Assembly (NCBI GenBank): GCA_951406725.2
Contig: OX597824.1
Coordinates: 86,242,001-86,306,000 of the forward strand
Direction of reading: 5' to 3'
Length of the DNA stretch: 64,000 nucleotides
Origin: Octopus vulgaris
Taxonomy: Eukaryota
Below the pieces are notes generated by a model. The model did no database searches. It was not told where the DNA came from and saw only the letters and a program-made list of their open reading frames with translations. This document shows, piece after piece, positions 53,026 to 59,710 of this stretch (the first letter of the stretch is position 1; every line of letters begins with the position of its first letter). Position numbers and translations under genes: made by a program.

Positions 53026-54111
53026 CCTCCTTCTAAACAGGGCATCTCATATAGATTTTATTTTAGGGATGATATGAGTTGAGCAGTACAAGCTAATGAA
53101 ACATTTATCCATTAAACTGAGCGTCCACTGCCAGCAATAATGTCCTGGGCCTCTCCATAAGATAACATATTTATGGTTAGATAAGCTGGACTAATTAATA
53201 GTTAAATGAATTCGCCAACAACGTAGCACAACAAGATACAAAGTGCCAAACTTTCAGCCAGAAGGCTTACAACTCCAGCAGGGACTAACAGCTGTAACCT
53301 TCTCTATCATTAATAAAGGCTTAAATTATGAATATATCATCATTATCATCATCATCACCACCACCACCACCACCACCGCTGCCGCCACCATCACTGCCAC
53401 CACCACCACCAATGCTGCCACCAACGCCGCCGCCACCACCACCACCACCATCATCGTTTAACGTCCGCTTTCCATGCTAGCATGGGTTGGACGATTTGAC
53501 TGAGGACTGGCGAACCAGATGGCTGCACCAGGCTCCAATCTGATCTGGCTGAGTTTCTACAGCTGGATGCCCTGCCTAACGCCAACCACTCGGAGAGTGT
53601 AGTGGGTGCTTTTACGTGCCACTAGCACAAGGACCACTCTATATATGCACGAAGAGATGCCAGCGTGGGTTTCCGCCCCGACGTCCAAAAATTGGAGTTT
53701 CATCATGGCAACCGAATAACTGTCACGCTGTATTTCGTCTGCCGTTACGTTCTGAGTTCAAATTCTGCCGAGGTCAACTTTGCCAGTCATCCTTTCAGGG
53801 TCGATAAATTAAGTACCAGTTACGCACTGGGGTCGATGTAATCGACTTAATTCATTTGTTTGTCCTTGCTTGTCCCCTCTGTGTTTAGCCCCTTGTGGGT
53901 AATAAGACCTTGTGTGTACTGTTGGCGATTTTTTTTCCTCTGTCTTTCCTTCTCTGGATCTTTCCTTCTCCTTTGTTTCCGACGAAGTGCTCTGCTCGGA
54001 ACTTTAAACCCTCCTTCTTTCCTGAGCGTCCAATAATACTATATTTGCTCCACATCCTCGCGTTGTTGTGTTTTTTTGTGCTTTCTTGTTTGGATTAACT
54101 AACTATATATA

Positions 54112-54165
<54 letters not shown>

Positions 54166-54580
54166 GCTGAGTAAAAAAGTTAGTAATGTTTTGAAGCATG
54201 AAATTCATCACAATATATTTCAACAATGCGGAAATTTTATTCATCAAAATAAGTACCATTAAAATCAACACATTTTTGCCAATGAGTTACAAGTTTGTTT
54301 ATTCCAGTAGCATAAAAATCTGGAGTTCTGGCACTGATGGACTCTTTGAACACACATTTTCAGCATTGGTTTGACTTTTGAACTCATTCTCTTGCAGGAA
54401 ACCATTAAGGTGCTCGAAAAAGTGGTGGTTGGTAGGAACCTGAAACGCCTGTGCCTAATTATACTCATGCCCATCTATTCTAGATACATATACACTGACA
54501 GGTTCTGACAATTATGGGTATTAAATTATAACTATTGGTGTACTTACCCTCACAGCAACTTTGACGTTTATCTCCTGCAT
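119..54580 (-). CDS. KIF27: Kinesin-like protein of the KIF7/KIF27 (Costal2) family; 25 coding exons in window, 3' end runs off the left edge
   Basis: Manually spliced exons give [16 protein letters not shown]...[17 protein letters not shown]...NEHSSRSH...[11 protein letters not shown]...[31 protein letters not shown]...[14 protein letters not shown]. Family-specific stalk motifs follow: [57 protein letters not shown]. All introns are GT-AG with matching phases. Family assignment is from recalled vertebrate KIF27/KIF7 sequences; KIF27 versus KIF7 is not resolvable here. Confidence 0.93.
442..724. mobile_element. Unclassified insertion (probably a retroposed 3' fragment) with 24-bp target-site duplication
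   Basis: ctttatttctaagacaaggaattg occurs at 418-441 and 725-748. Confidence 0.65.
749..960 (+). mobile_element. Non-LTR retrotransposon (RTE-like) reverse-transcriptase fragment
   Basis: [12 protein letters not shown]...[18 protein letters not shown] catalytic (Y/F)ADD motif. Confidence 0.85.
1547..1646 (-). CDS. KIF27: KIF7/27 exon 24 ([33 protein letters not shown])
   Basis: ggacag / gtaaag, 100 nt, phase 2-0; LQRKLxEE motif. Confidence 0.9.
1795..2056 (-). mobile_element. tRNA-derived SINE family C (head gtggaggcgcaatggcccagtggttagg...ggtttcgattcc)
   Basis: Pol III A/B boxes; same head at 1-39(-), 11228(+), 21769(+), 25569(-), 40584(+). Confidence 0.85.
2125..2232 (-). CDS. KIF27: KIF7/27 exon 23 ([23 protein letters not shown]...QNEK)
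   Basis: ttgcag / gtaagt, 108 nt, phase 2-2. Confidence 0.9.
2770..3368 (+). mobile_element. tRNA-derived SINE family A with internal microsatellite; this copy is interrupted by a palindromic element
   Basis: aggagtggctgtgtg...ggttcagt(t/c)cc head and gactgaaacaagtaaaaga-type tail. Other copies approx. 3390-3690(-), 7190-7635(-), 10259-10615, 31040-31415, 58156-58542, 60040-60447(-), 61856-62210. Confidence 0.85.
2971..3084. repeat. Perfect 114-bp loop-less palindrome centred on cac|gtg
   Basis: Arms are exact reverse complements; the element is flanked by (TA)n. Confidence 0.95.
4255..4809 (-). mobile_element. Non-autonomous element, probably Helitron-like
   Basis: Minus-strand 5' end TCtattatataaaatccgttctgtctgtc; related copies about 18480-18868 and 48880-49110. 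Confidence 0.5.
4978..5066 (-). CDS. KIF27: KIF7/27 exon 22 ([29 protein letters not shown])
   Basis: ctttag / gtaagt, 89 nt, phase 0-2. Confidence 0.88.
7066..7162 (-). CDS. KIF27: KIF7/27 exon 21 ([33 protein letters not shown])
   Basis: tttcag / gttggt, 97 nt, phase 2-0; conserved kinesin-4 coil motif. Confidence 0.9.
8177..8280 (+). repeat. (GAG)n/(GAA)n purine microsatellite
   Basis: Directly visible. Confidence 0.95.
8358..8532 (-). CDS. KIF27: KIF7/27 exon 20 ([10 protein letters not shown]...[11 protein letters not shown])
   Basis: gattag / gtaggt, 175 nt, phase 1-2. Confidence 0.87.
8587..9008 (+). mobile_element. (GAT)n-tailed retroposon family E (RTE-type 3' end) with internal approx. 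63-bp tandem units
   Basis: gtggttggcgttaggaagggcatccagctg...cccatgctagcatggaaa..(gat)n. Copies approx. 3945-4258, 14390-14690, 16630-16864, 17173-17500, 30508-30780, 33955-34225, 37977-38226, 38785-39235, 50510-51123, 53450-53630, 63865-64000. Confidence 0.8.
9365..9508. repeat. Perfect 144-bp loop-less palindrome centred on aaat|attt (imperfect to 9351-9522)
   Basis: Arms are exact reverse complements; the element (about 9348-9637) is flanked by (TA)n on both sides. Confidence 0.95.
9968..10062 (-). CDS. KIF27: KIF7/27 exon 19 ([16 protein letters not shown]...SCDQ)
   Basis: ccgcag / gtatgt, 95 nt, phase 2-1 bridges its neighbours. Confidence 0.83.
10645..11069 (-). mobile_element. CR1-like LINE 3' end with (GAAAT)n tail
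   Basis: ORF ...[20 protein letters not shown]...[17 protein letters not shown]; atttc repeats at about 10647-10668. Confidence 0.8.
11228..11610 (+). mobile_element. SINE family C copy with tail type 2
   Basis: Family C head plus a tail shared with the family D copy at 36960-37264. Confidence 0.85.
11658..11880 (+). mobile_element. tRNA-derived SINE family B (about 225 bp; aaggcggcgagctggcagaa...gagttcaaattcc...gtaaagaaata)
   Basis: A/B boxes and TSDs. Copies approx. 25881-26108, 32550-32775, 37352-37585, 38296-38526(-), 44801-45033, 60888-61116, 61568-61800(-). Confidence 0.88.
12040..12254 (-). CDS. KIF27: KIF7/27 exon 18 ([36 protein letters not shown]...)
   Basis: ttccag / gtaagc, 215 nt, phase 0-2; conserved HTSP...FRxRSQ block. 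Confidence 0.93.
12551..12778. mobile_element. piggyBac-like MITE family 1 (TTAA-CCCTTT...AAAG(G/A)G-TTAA, about 225 bp)
   Basis: Short TIRs and TTAA at both ends; fragments at about 961-1064, 12340-12480, 52678-52773, 55495-55568. Confidence 0.8.
13191..13265 (-). CDS. KIF27: KIF7/27 exon 17 ([25 protein letters not shown])
   Basis: atttag / gtaagt, 75 nt; RPxTVP motif as recalled in KIF27. Confidence 0.87.
13740..13859 (-). CDS. KIF27: KIF7/27 exon 16 (TECLQEKEH...[21 protein letters not shown])
   Basis: tcaaag / gtaatt, 120 nt; 3' boundary ambiguous (see findings). Confidence 0.8.
14001..14087 (-). CDS. KIF27: KIF7/27 exon 15 ([15 protein letters not shown]...LKEM)
   Basis: aattag / gtaaca, 87 nt; DEEIF motif typical of the family. 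Confidence 0.88.
15203..15597 (+). mobile_element. About 400-bp non-coding RTE-derived short element inserted in the B box of a SINE B
   Basis: gagctatgc...taggaccacccaaggcggattggtc resembles recalled RTE/BovB 5' UTR; caagtacaagtaagt tail; gtgttca(a/g)a repeated at both flanks. Confidence 0.55.
15776..15862 (-). CDS. KIF27: KIF7/27 exon 14 (IMKNVTSS...[10 protein letters not shown])
   Basis: poly-T-gcag / gtatga, 87 nt. Confidence 0.87.
16256..16391 (-). CDS. KIF27: KIF7/27 exon 13 ([12 protein letters not shown]...DWLELREE)
   Basis: atgcag / gtgagt, 136 nt, phase 2-0. Confidence 0.9.
18907..19049 (-). CDS. KIF27: KIF7/27 exon 12 ([10 protein letters not shown]...DMEEKVL)
   Basis: tttcag / gtttaa, 143 nt, phase 0-2. 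Confidence 0.88.
19665..19745 (-). CDS. KIF27: KIF7/27 exon 11 ([27 protein letters not shown]), neck linker
   Basis: ttccag / gtgagt, 81 nt. Confidence 0.93.
20419..20646. mobile_element. piggyBac-like MITE family 1 inserted in a duplicated fragment of exon 11
   Basis: TTAA duplicated; the flanks match exon 11, which has a single TTAA. Confidence 0.85.
21015..21116 (-). CDS. KIF27: KIF7/27 exon 10 ([17 protein letters not shown]...LNSLKYANR)
   Basis: ttacag / gtaaga, 102 nt. Confidence 0.95.
21769..22081 (+). mobile_element. SINE family C copy with tail type 3
   Basis: Family C head; tail ...ggtcacggtgatcacggtga also occurs alone at 9665-9788(-). Confidence 0.85.
22329..22371 (-). ncRNA. 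Decayed minimal type I hammerhead ribozyme motif in a probable Penelope-like remnant (about 22160-22450)
   Basis: Minus strand TCTGCA-TTAATAA-AGGG caaata CCCT-GAAA-CATGTC-TGCAGA: stems I and II pair perfectly; core differs from CTGATGA by three transitions. Confidence 0.6.
22997..23118 (-). CDS. KIF27: KIF7/27 exon 9 ([19 protein letters not shown]...[14 protein letters not shown])
   Basis: ttgtag / gtaggt, 122 nt, phase 1-0. Confidence 0.95.
25150..25569 (-). mobile_element. SINE family C copy with tail type 4
   Basis: Family C head 25380-25569; left boundary approximate. Confidence 0.75.
26459..27090 (-). mobile_element. RTE-clade LINE 3' end, 189-aa open C-terminal ORF, (GAT)n tail
   Basis: YKYLGSYIS...[21 protein letters not shown]...FAGHCCR; tail atcatcatc at 26459-26470. 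Confidence 0.9.
27110..27480 (+). mobile_element. Degenerate CR1-like LINE fragment
   Basis: SVCDLGI... and [13 protein letters not shown]-type motifs with frameshifts; a related decayed piece lies near 25650-25870. Confidence 0.6.
29124..29219 (-). CDS. KIF27: KIF7/27 exon 8 ([32 protein letters not shown])
   Basis: ttccag / gtaagt, 96 nt; switch II DLAGSE. Confidence 0.95.
29913..30110 (-). mobile_element. (TA)n-flanked short element with hammerhead-like motif at 30011-30048 (Penelope-like remnant)
   Basis: Minus strand TCTTT-CTGTCGA-A-GAGC gtag GCTC-GAAAC-GTA-AAAGA. Confidence 0.6.
30249..30329 (-). CDS. KIF27: KIF7/27 exon 7 ([27 protein letters not shown]), variable motor loop
   Basis: ttgccag / gtaggt, 81 nt, phase 1-1, open frame; fills the loop between the FTIVI and [11 protein letters not shown] motifs. 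Confidence 0.78.
31890..32210 (-). mobile_element. CR1-like LINE 3' end with (AACTT)n tail
   Basis: [18 protein letters not shown]...FKVSL; close relative of 34417-34897. Confidence 0.85.
33023..33169 (-). CDS. KIF27: KIF7/27 exon 6 ([10 protein letters not shown]...[17 protein letters not shown])
   Basis: tttcag / gtatac, 147 nt, phase 1-1; switch I SSRSH. Confidence 0.95.
34318..35196 (-). mobile_element. Helitron-like non-autonomous element with a nested CR1 fragment
   Basis: Minus strand starts TCtataatataaa and ends with a hairpin plus CTAG. Confidence 0.55.
34417..34897 (+). mobile_element. 5'-truncated CR1-like LINE with 12-bp TSD ctcaaccttatc
   Basis: [38 protein letters not shown]...LRGHSEKL; (aactt)n tail. 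Confidence 0.9.
35608..35704 (+). repeat. (GA)n microsatellite just downstream of the exon 5 donor
   Basis: Directly visible. Confidence 0.95.
35721..35847 (-). CDS. KIF27: KIF7/27 exon 5 ([25 protein letters not shown]...[10 protein letters not shown])
   Basis: ttccag / gtaggt, 127 nt, phase 0-1. Confidence 0.94.
35895..36135 (+). mobile_element. Degenerate RTE-like LINE C-terminal fragment
   Basis: [18 protein letters not shown]...[16 protein letters not shown] resembles W.GHV.RM...RGRPRK.W. Confidence 0.65.
36138..36598. repeat. Minisatellite, about 13 copies of a 36-bp unit (acatacaggcatgtcctttaaggccctgtctcctct)
   Basis: Head-to-tail copies with few substitutions and no spacers. Confidence 0.95.
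36960..37264 (+). mobile_element. tRNA-derived SINE family D
   Basis: gtggcttagtggttagg A box, gagttcaattcc B box, ccttgagcaagacactt; related heads at about 43610-43932(-) and 44000-44305(-). Confidence 0.8.
39322..39429 (-). CDS. KIF27: KIF7/27 exon 4 ([10 protein letters not shown]...[15 protein letters not shown])
   Basis: gtcag / gtaagt, 108 nt; completes P-loop GQTGSGKT. Confidence 0.95.
39826..40053. mobile_element. piggyBac-like MITE family 1
   Basis: TTAA at both ends; internal sequence shared with other copies. Confidence 0.85.
40332..40415 (-). CDS. KIF27: KIF7/27 exon 3 ([28 protein letters not shown])
   Basis: ttacag / gtaagt, 84 nt; first half of P-loop. Confidence 0.95.
40584..40890 (+). 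mobile_element. SINE family C copy with tail type 5 (V-domain-like)
   Basis: gctgcgatggactggcgtcccatccag resembles the recalled V-SINE central domain. Confidence 0.75.
41699..41886 (-). repeat. Inverted local duplication of 44923-45104 inserted in a SINE B
   Basis: Shares private SINE variants and flanking sequence with the source. Confidence 0.9.
42805..43198 (+). mobile_element. Helitron-like non-autonomous element
   Basis: 5' TC(tc)tatatataaa; 3' ccaagcaacgctgcgcaatactgCTAG; similar termini at 56262-56657(-). Confidence 0.6.
45351..45725 (-). mobile_element. Dimeric SINE B with TSD gctgcaatacct
   Basis: Two bodies, one head. Confidence 0.85.
46171..46542 (+). mobile_element. Helentron-associated (HINE/DINE-1-like) non-autonomous element
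   Basis: ttacctc...ggaggta subterminal hairpin, (gttt)n/(ctgt) tract, 3' ggaggtttgcgctctctgagtgct hairpin. Confidence 0.65.
46572..46864. mobile_element. Unclassified insertion within an (ATT)n microsatellite
   Basis: About 290 bp of higher-GC sequence flanked on both sides by (att)n. Confidence 0.45.
47048..47091. promoter_or_regulatory. Candidate RFX X-box (GTAACC-AT-AGCAAC) plus two forkhead sites (GTAAATA x2)
   Basis: Exact match to GTHNYY-AT-RRNAAC at 47048-47061; RYAAAYA at 47078 and 47085; non-repetitive context in intron 2 of a cilia-related kinesin. Confidence 0.5.
47310..47977. repeat. Compound (TA)n/(CATA)n microsatellite
   Basis: Directly visible. Confidence 0.95.
49380..49517 (-). 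CDS. KIF27: KIF7/27 exon 2 (VRPLLNRE...[13 protein letters not shown])
   Basis: tttgacag acceptor, CAG|gtcagt donor, 138 nt, phase 0-0. Confidence 0.93.
49972..50199. mobile_element. piggyBac-like MITE family 2 (TTAA-CCCTTTAGCATT...AATGCTAAAGGG-TTAA)
   Basis: 12-bp TIR plus TTAA; partial copies about 6781-6978 and 20750-20967. Confidence 0.85.
51728..52143 (+). mobile_element. Dimeric SINE B
   Basis: Junction gaaata|ggtatttc at 51960/51961. Confidence 0.85.
53906..54105 (+). mobile_element. (TA)n-adjacent short element with decayed hammerhead-like motif (53975-54009)
   Basis: GTTT-CCGACGA-A-GTGC tct GCTC-GGAAC-TTT-AAAC; downstream cctgagcg...taatac...ctccac is shared with the 29913 element. 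Confidence 0.5.
54163..54440 (-). mobile_element. Tc1/mariner transposase 3' remnant and terminal repeat
   Basis: Frameshifted C-terminal motifs (PT.HHFFEHL...[26 protein letters not shown]). Confidence 0.7.
54548..54580 (-). CDS. KIF27: KIF7/27 coding exon 1 ([11 protein letters not shown])
   Basis: ACC-ATG start context and AGG|gtaagt donor. A ttacag acceptor at about 54605 suggests a further 5' UTR exon upstream. Confidence 0.9.
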
Positions 54581-54744
54581 GGTAAAACGAAGTCAAGTCC
54601 AAATCTGTAAGCTGTTGAAAGCTCTAAAGCTATACACGATACACCATTCTCTGAAATCAATAAAGCCATCAGTATGTAGTGTGTCAACAGGGTGATTCTG
54701 AACTAAAATGGATTCAGAGGCTAAGGAGTACAAGAAAGAAAACA

Positions 54745-55095
54745 GTATATATCTATCTATCTATATATCTATATATATATCTCAATCTATCTATCTATAT
54801 ATCTATATATATATCTATCTATCTATCTATATATATATATCTCTCAATCTATCTATCTATATATCTATATATATCTATCTATCTATCTATATATATATAT
54901 CTATATATCTATCTATATATATCTATATATATATCTATCTATCTATCTATATATATATATCTATATATCTATCTATATATATCTATATATATATCTATCT
55001 ATCTATCTATCTATCTCTATATATATACCTATCTATCTCTCTATATATATCTATCTATCTCTCTATATATATCTATCTATCTCTATATATGTCTA

Positions 55096-55178
<83 letters not shown>
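54745..55178. repeat. (TATC)n/(TA)n/(TC)n compound microsatellite just upstream of coding exon 1
   Basis: Directly visible. Confidence 0.95.
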
Positions 55179-55181
<3 letters not shown>

Positions 55182-55676
55182 TACATAATGTCCTGGTAAA
55201 GCTGGTAGAGTAAATACAAGGAGAAGCTGAATTTCCGGTCCAATATAGAAGGACAAAAGTGAACAAATAGATACGAATATTTTTAGAGTGTTACAACAGT
55301 TTGAACTCAGAACAGGAAAGAGAAACAGAGGCAATTCTGCAGGGATTAATGAAGGATATCGATTTCAAACACAGACACAATACCAGAAATCTGTAAGAGA
55401 AGATTACAGTTGATTCAACTGACCCCAGTGTATTACTGGTATTTGGGACACAAATAAATACTGTACACTAACTACCACTCATCTGCCCAATGAATTACTT
55501 TGTAATATTTAAAATTAATTGAAAGAAACATAAAGCATCTCAACAGAAATATGGGAACAAAAGGGTTAAGAATCAGCAGAAGACATAAGAGGAGACCTCA
55601 ATGTGGTCACTCTATACGCTAGAAATAATAGCCTAAATTTCTTTCAATTCACATCTGCCCAAATGTAGAGGTATGT

Positions 55677-55906
55677 TTAACCCTTTCATTACCAACCCAG
55701 CTGAAACCACCTCTGGCTCTGTAGTACAAATGTCTTGTTTTCACAAGTTTTGAATAAAAATCTTCCACCAAACCTTAGTCACAATTTATGTTCCTAACAC
55801 TAGCCGAATGATAACTAAGTTATTTTACTAAATTCTTTGTTATATTTAAAAATAATTGAAAGAAACACAGAGCATCTCAACAGAAATATGGGAACAAAAG
55901 GGTTAA
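55677..55906. mobile_element. piggyBac-like MITE family 1
   Basis: TTAA-CCCTTT...AAAGGG-TTAA. Confidence 0.88.
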
Positions 55907-55954
55907 AAGCACTCATGCTGGTACCATGTAGAAAGCACTAGTGATGGTGCCACC

Positions 55955-56182
55955 TTAACCCTTTCGATACCAACCCACCTGAAACCACTTCTGGCTCTGT
56001 AGTACAAATGTTTTGTTTTCGTAAGTTCTGAATTAAAATCTTCCCCCAAACCTTAGACACAATTTATGTTCCTAACACTAGCTTAATGATACTAAGTTAT
56101 TTTACTAAATTCTTTGTTATATTTAAAGTAATTGAAAGAAACACAGAGCATCTCAAAATAAATACAGTAACGAAAGGGTTAA
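55955..56182. mobile_element. piggyBac-like MITE family 1
   Basis: TTAA-CCCTTTCG...CGAAAGGG-TTAA. Confidence 0.88.
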
Positions 56183-56261
56183 ACACATCACCCACTTCTC
56201 TTCCCAGGCCCATTGTTTCTCTGTTAAGCTTCCTATTGTTCATAAGTTCTTTTATTTATTA

Positions 56262-56657
56262 CTAGCAGTATCGCCCGGCGTTGCTCGGGTTTGTAAGGGA
56301 AATAACTATATAAGCATTTTTAGAGATGTAAAGTATAATAGCCATCTCAATATGGCTAACCACAAAGGGGGGTGTTACTGTAGCTTTTTACGTTCTGAGA
56401 TTTAATAATAAATTTTTAGAGAGTTACTTCCCTTATATATGCCAAAAATGCATTAAAAATGGGAAAAATTGATGGTAAATTATTTTTAAAATCGTAGACT
56501 CATCGTAGACGCGCGCTAATACCCAGAAGGGCTCGATATGAATCACGACTATAAGATACCCGGTTTTGGTTAAACTGCACCGCAAAATGTGGGAGTAGTT
56601 AGGAATCTAAATCGTAGGAGACAGACAGCACACAACCTCACTTTTATATATAAAGAG
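56262..56657 (-). mobile_element. Helitron-like non-autonomous element
   Basis: Minus strand TC...ccgagcaacgccgggcgatactgCTAG. Confidence 0.6.
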
Positions 56658-57367
56658 AGTATCTTCCTTCAAACTTCTGCTCTTTGAAACTCACTTTTAC
56701 CATCTTGGTTTTCTCTGGTTTATGGATATTCATTCCTCTAAGTTTTCTGTCAATTGACATCTTTTGAATTTGCAAGCCCTTTTCCTTTCCTGCATTGTAG
56801 TCCCTTATGCTACAGTGGCCTCATGCCTTGTTTGGGACAAAAATCGTAGAAAAAAAACCAAACTGAAACCAACGTCGGGAGTAAAAACAATAGAAAGAGC
56901 ATGAACAATTATCGTTTAGATTTATTTTAATTATTTTAAATTAATAACGTTGATGCTTTGGAAAAGAATAAAATACTAATTAGTAGTTGATTTGTGTGCA
57001 TGTGTGTGTGTGTGTGTATGTGTGTGTGTGCATGTGTGTGTATGTATATGTATGCATGTGCATGTATGTGTATGTGTGTGCCCGTGTATGTATATGTGTG
57101 TGCATGTGCATATGTGTGCATGTGCATTTGTGTGTGTGATGTGCATGTGCACGAGTGTATATATATATATATATATATATATGAGTGAACACTTACACAA
57201 AGATTCTGTCCTGACATGTCAAGACACATGTCAATGTAGCAGACAAAAGTTTATAAAATATAAAGTATGTGAGATCTGTGAGGATTAGTGAATGACTCAT
57301 CACTAAGCAGTTTGAAGTCTGGAAATAACTGCCCCACCACCTCCACATCAACAGGAATACAAGGACT

Positions 57368-57950
57368 AAGGCGAGCAAGCTGGCAGAAATATTAGCGGTA
57401 TTTCATCTGCCGTTACGTTCTGAGTTCAAATTCCGCTGAGGTCGACTTCGCCTTTCATCCTTTCGGGGGTCGATTAAATAAGTACCAGTTATGCACTGGG
57501 TTGATATAATCAACTTAATCCATTTTGTCTGGCCTTGTTTGTCCTCTCTGTGTTTAGCCCCTTGTGGGCAGTAAAGAAATAGGTATTTTGTCTGCCGTTA
57601 CGTTCTGAGTTCAAATTCCGCCGAGGTCGACTTTGCCTTTCATCCTTTCAGGGTCGATTAAATAAGTACTAGTTATGCACTGGGGTCGATATAATTGACT
57701 TAATCCATTTTGTCTGGCCTTGTTTGTCCCCTCTGTATTTAGCCCCTTGTGGGTAGTAACAAAATAGGTATTTCATCTGCCGCTACGTTCTGAGTTCAAA
57801 TTCCGCCGAGGTCGACTTTGCCTTTCATCCTTTCGGGGTCGATAAATTAAGTACCAGTTACGCACTGGGGTCGATGTAATCGACTTTATCCATTTGTCCG
57901 TCCTTGTTTGTCCCTTCTATGTTTAGCCCCTTGTAGGCAATAAAGAAATA
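57368..57950 (+). mobile_element. Trimeric SINE B with TSD aatacaaggac
   Basis: One head, three bodies. Confidence 0.88.
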
Positions 57951-58037
57951 AGAAATACAAGGACAAAATAATATTACAGGTGTTCAGAAAGAAATACTAA
58001 CATTTCAGAGAAAATAGAAACAAGAGGGAGAAAAATA

Positions 58038-58885
58038 TTGGGTTGTCCAGAAAGTTCTTGCCGATTTATAGTAGCTTAGCTTTTGACTTATTCTTGAGTC
58101 CATAAAATAGGATTTGACGACACCTCCATTTAGAGCACGTGGAAGAAGATTTATGGCGTAGGAGTGACTGTGTGGTACGTAGCTTGCTTACCAACCACAT
58201 GGTTCTGGGCTCAGTCCCGGGCAAATGTCTTTTACTATAGCCTCGGGCCAACCAAAGCCTTGTGAGTAGATTTGGTAGACGGAAACTGAAAGTAGCTCGT
58301 CGTATATATGTATGTGTATATGTATGTGTGTGTATACATTTGTGTGTCTGTGTTTGTCCCTTCAACATCGCTTGACAATCGATGCTGGTGTGTTACATCC
58401 CCATAACTTAGTGGTTCGGCAAAAGAGACCAATAGAATAAGTACTAGGATTACAAAGAATAAGTACCGGGGTCGATTTGCTCGACTAAAGGCAGTGCTCC
58501 AGCATGGCCACAGTCAAATGACTGAAACAAATAAAAGAATAAAGAGGAAGAGTATGTTCCTATAACCTGTGTTAATTCTGTAACCCTTTAAAAATGGAAG
58601 ATAAGAAAGTTCATTTTCGGCACTTGGTGCTTTTGGGAACCAGACAAAAATTGGTGCAGCTCGGCTAGGATGTGTTACCCCACCCTCCATATTCACCAGA
58701 TATTGCTCCTTCGGATTTCCACTTATTCAGGTCTCTGCAGAATAGTCTTAATGGTAAAAATTTCAATTCCTTGGATGACGTAAAATGATACGTTGATGAA
58801 TTCTTTGCAATGAAACCACCTCAATTCTGGGAAGAGGGTATTTTCAAGTTAAAGGAAAGATGGAGACACATTGTGCAACAAAACT
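58038..58885 (+). mobile_element. Internally deleted mariner remnant interrupted by a SINE A
   Basis: TA-ttgggttgtccagaaag TIR-like start; DVLPHPPYSPDIAPSDFHLFRSLQNSL...GIFKLKERW with an in-frame stop. Confidence 0.85.
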
Positions 58886-59004
58886 GAGAGGACTGCAGTA
58901 ACGGGAAATAAAGTGTTTTACTGAAGGACACAACACATTGCCGAGTATCGAACTCACAGCCTTATGGTCACAAGCCGAATACCCTAACCATTAAGCCACA
59001 CACA

Positions 59005-59710
59005 TTCATGCACACACACACACATTCACGCATACACACATTCACAAACATATTCATGTACACACACATTCACACATGCACACATTCAGACACGCATACA
59101 TTCACGCACACATACATTCATGCACAAACACATTCATGCATGCACACACATCCATACACATACACATTCATATGCACGCACACATACATTCACGCATGCA
59201 CACATTCACACATGCTCACATTCAAGCATACACGCATTCATACTCCCGCACGCACATTCATACATACGCACACATTCATATGCATGCACACATTCACGCA
59301 CACATACATTCACGCACACACACATTCATACACACACACATTCATGCACGTACATATTCACATACACACACATTCACGCATGCCAACATTCACACACACA
59401 CATTCATATGCATGCACAGATTCATACACACACACATTCATGCACGTACATATTCACATACACACACATTCACACACACACATTCACGCATGCCAACATT
59501 CACACACACACATTCATATGCATGCACACATTCACGCACACACACATTCATGCATGCCCACATTCACGCATGCACACATTCATAGCATGCACACACATTT
59601 ACGCATGCACATATTCATGCACACACACATTCATATGCATGCACACACATTCACACATGCACACACATTCATACGCACGCACACATTCACACATGCACAC
59701 ACACACATTC
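59005..59710. repeat. Degenerate (CACACATTCA/CATG)-type micro/minisatellite
   Basis: Directly visible. Confidence 0.92.

Noticed and set aside
57191-57240. Possible 5' UTR exon donor (gtaagt on the minus strand)
   Set aside because: A donor hexamer alone is insufficient; the promoter and first exon cannot be located from sequence here.
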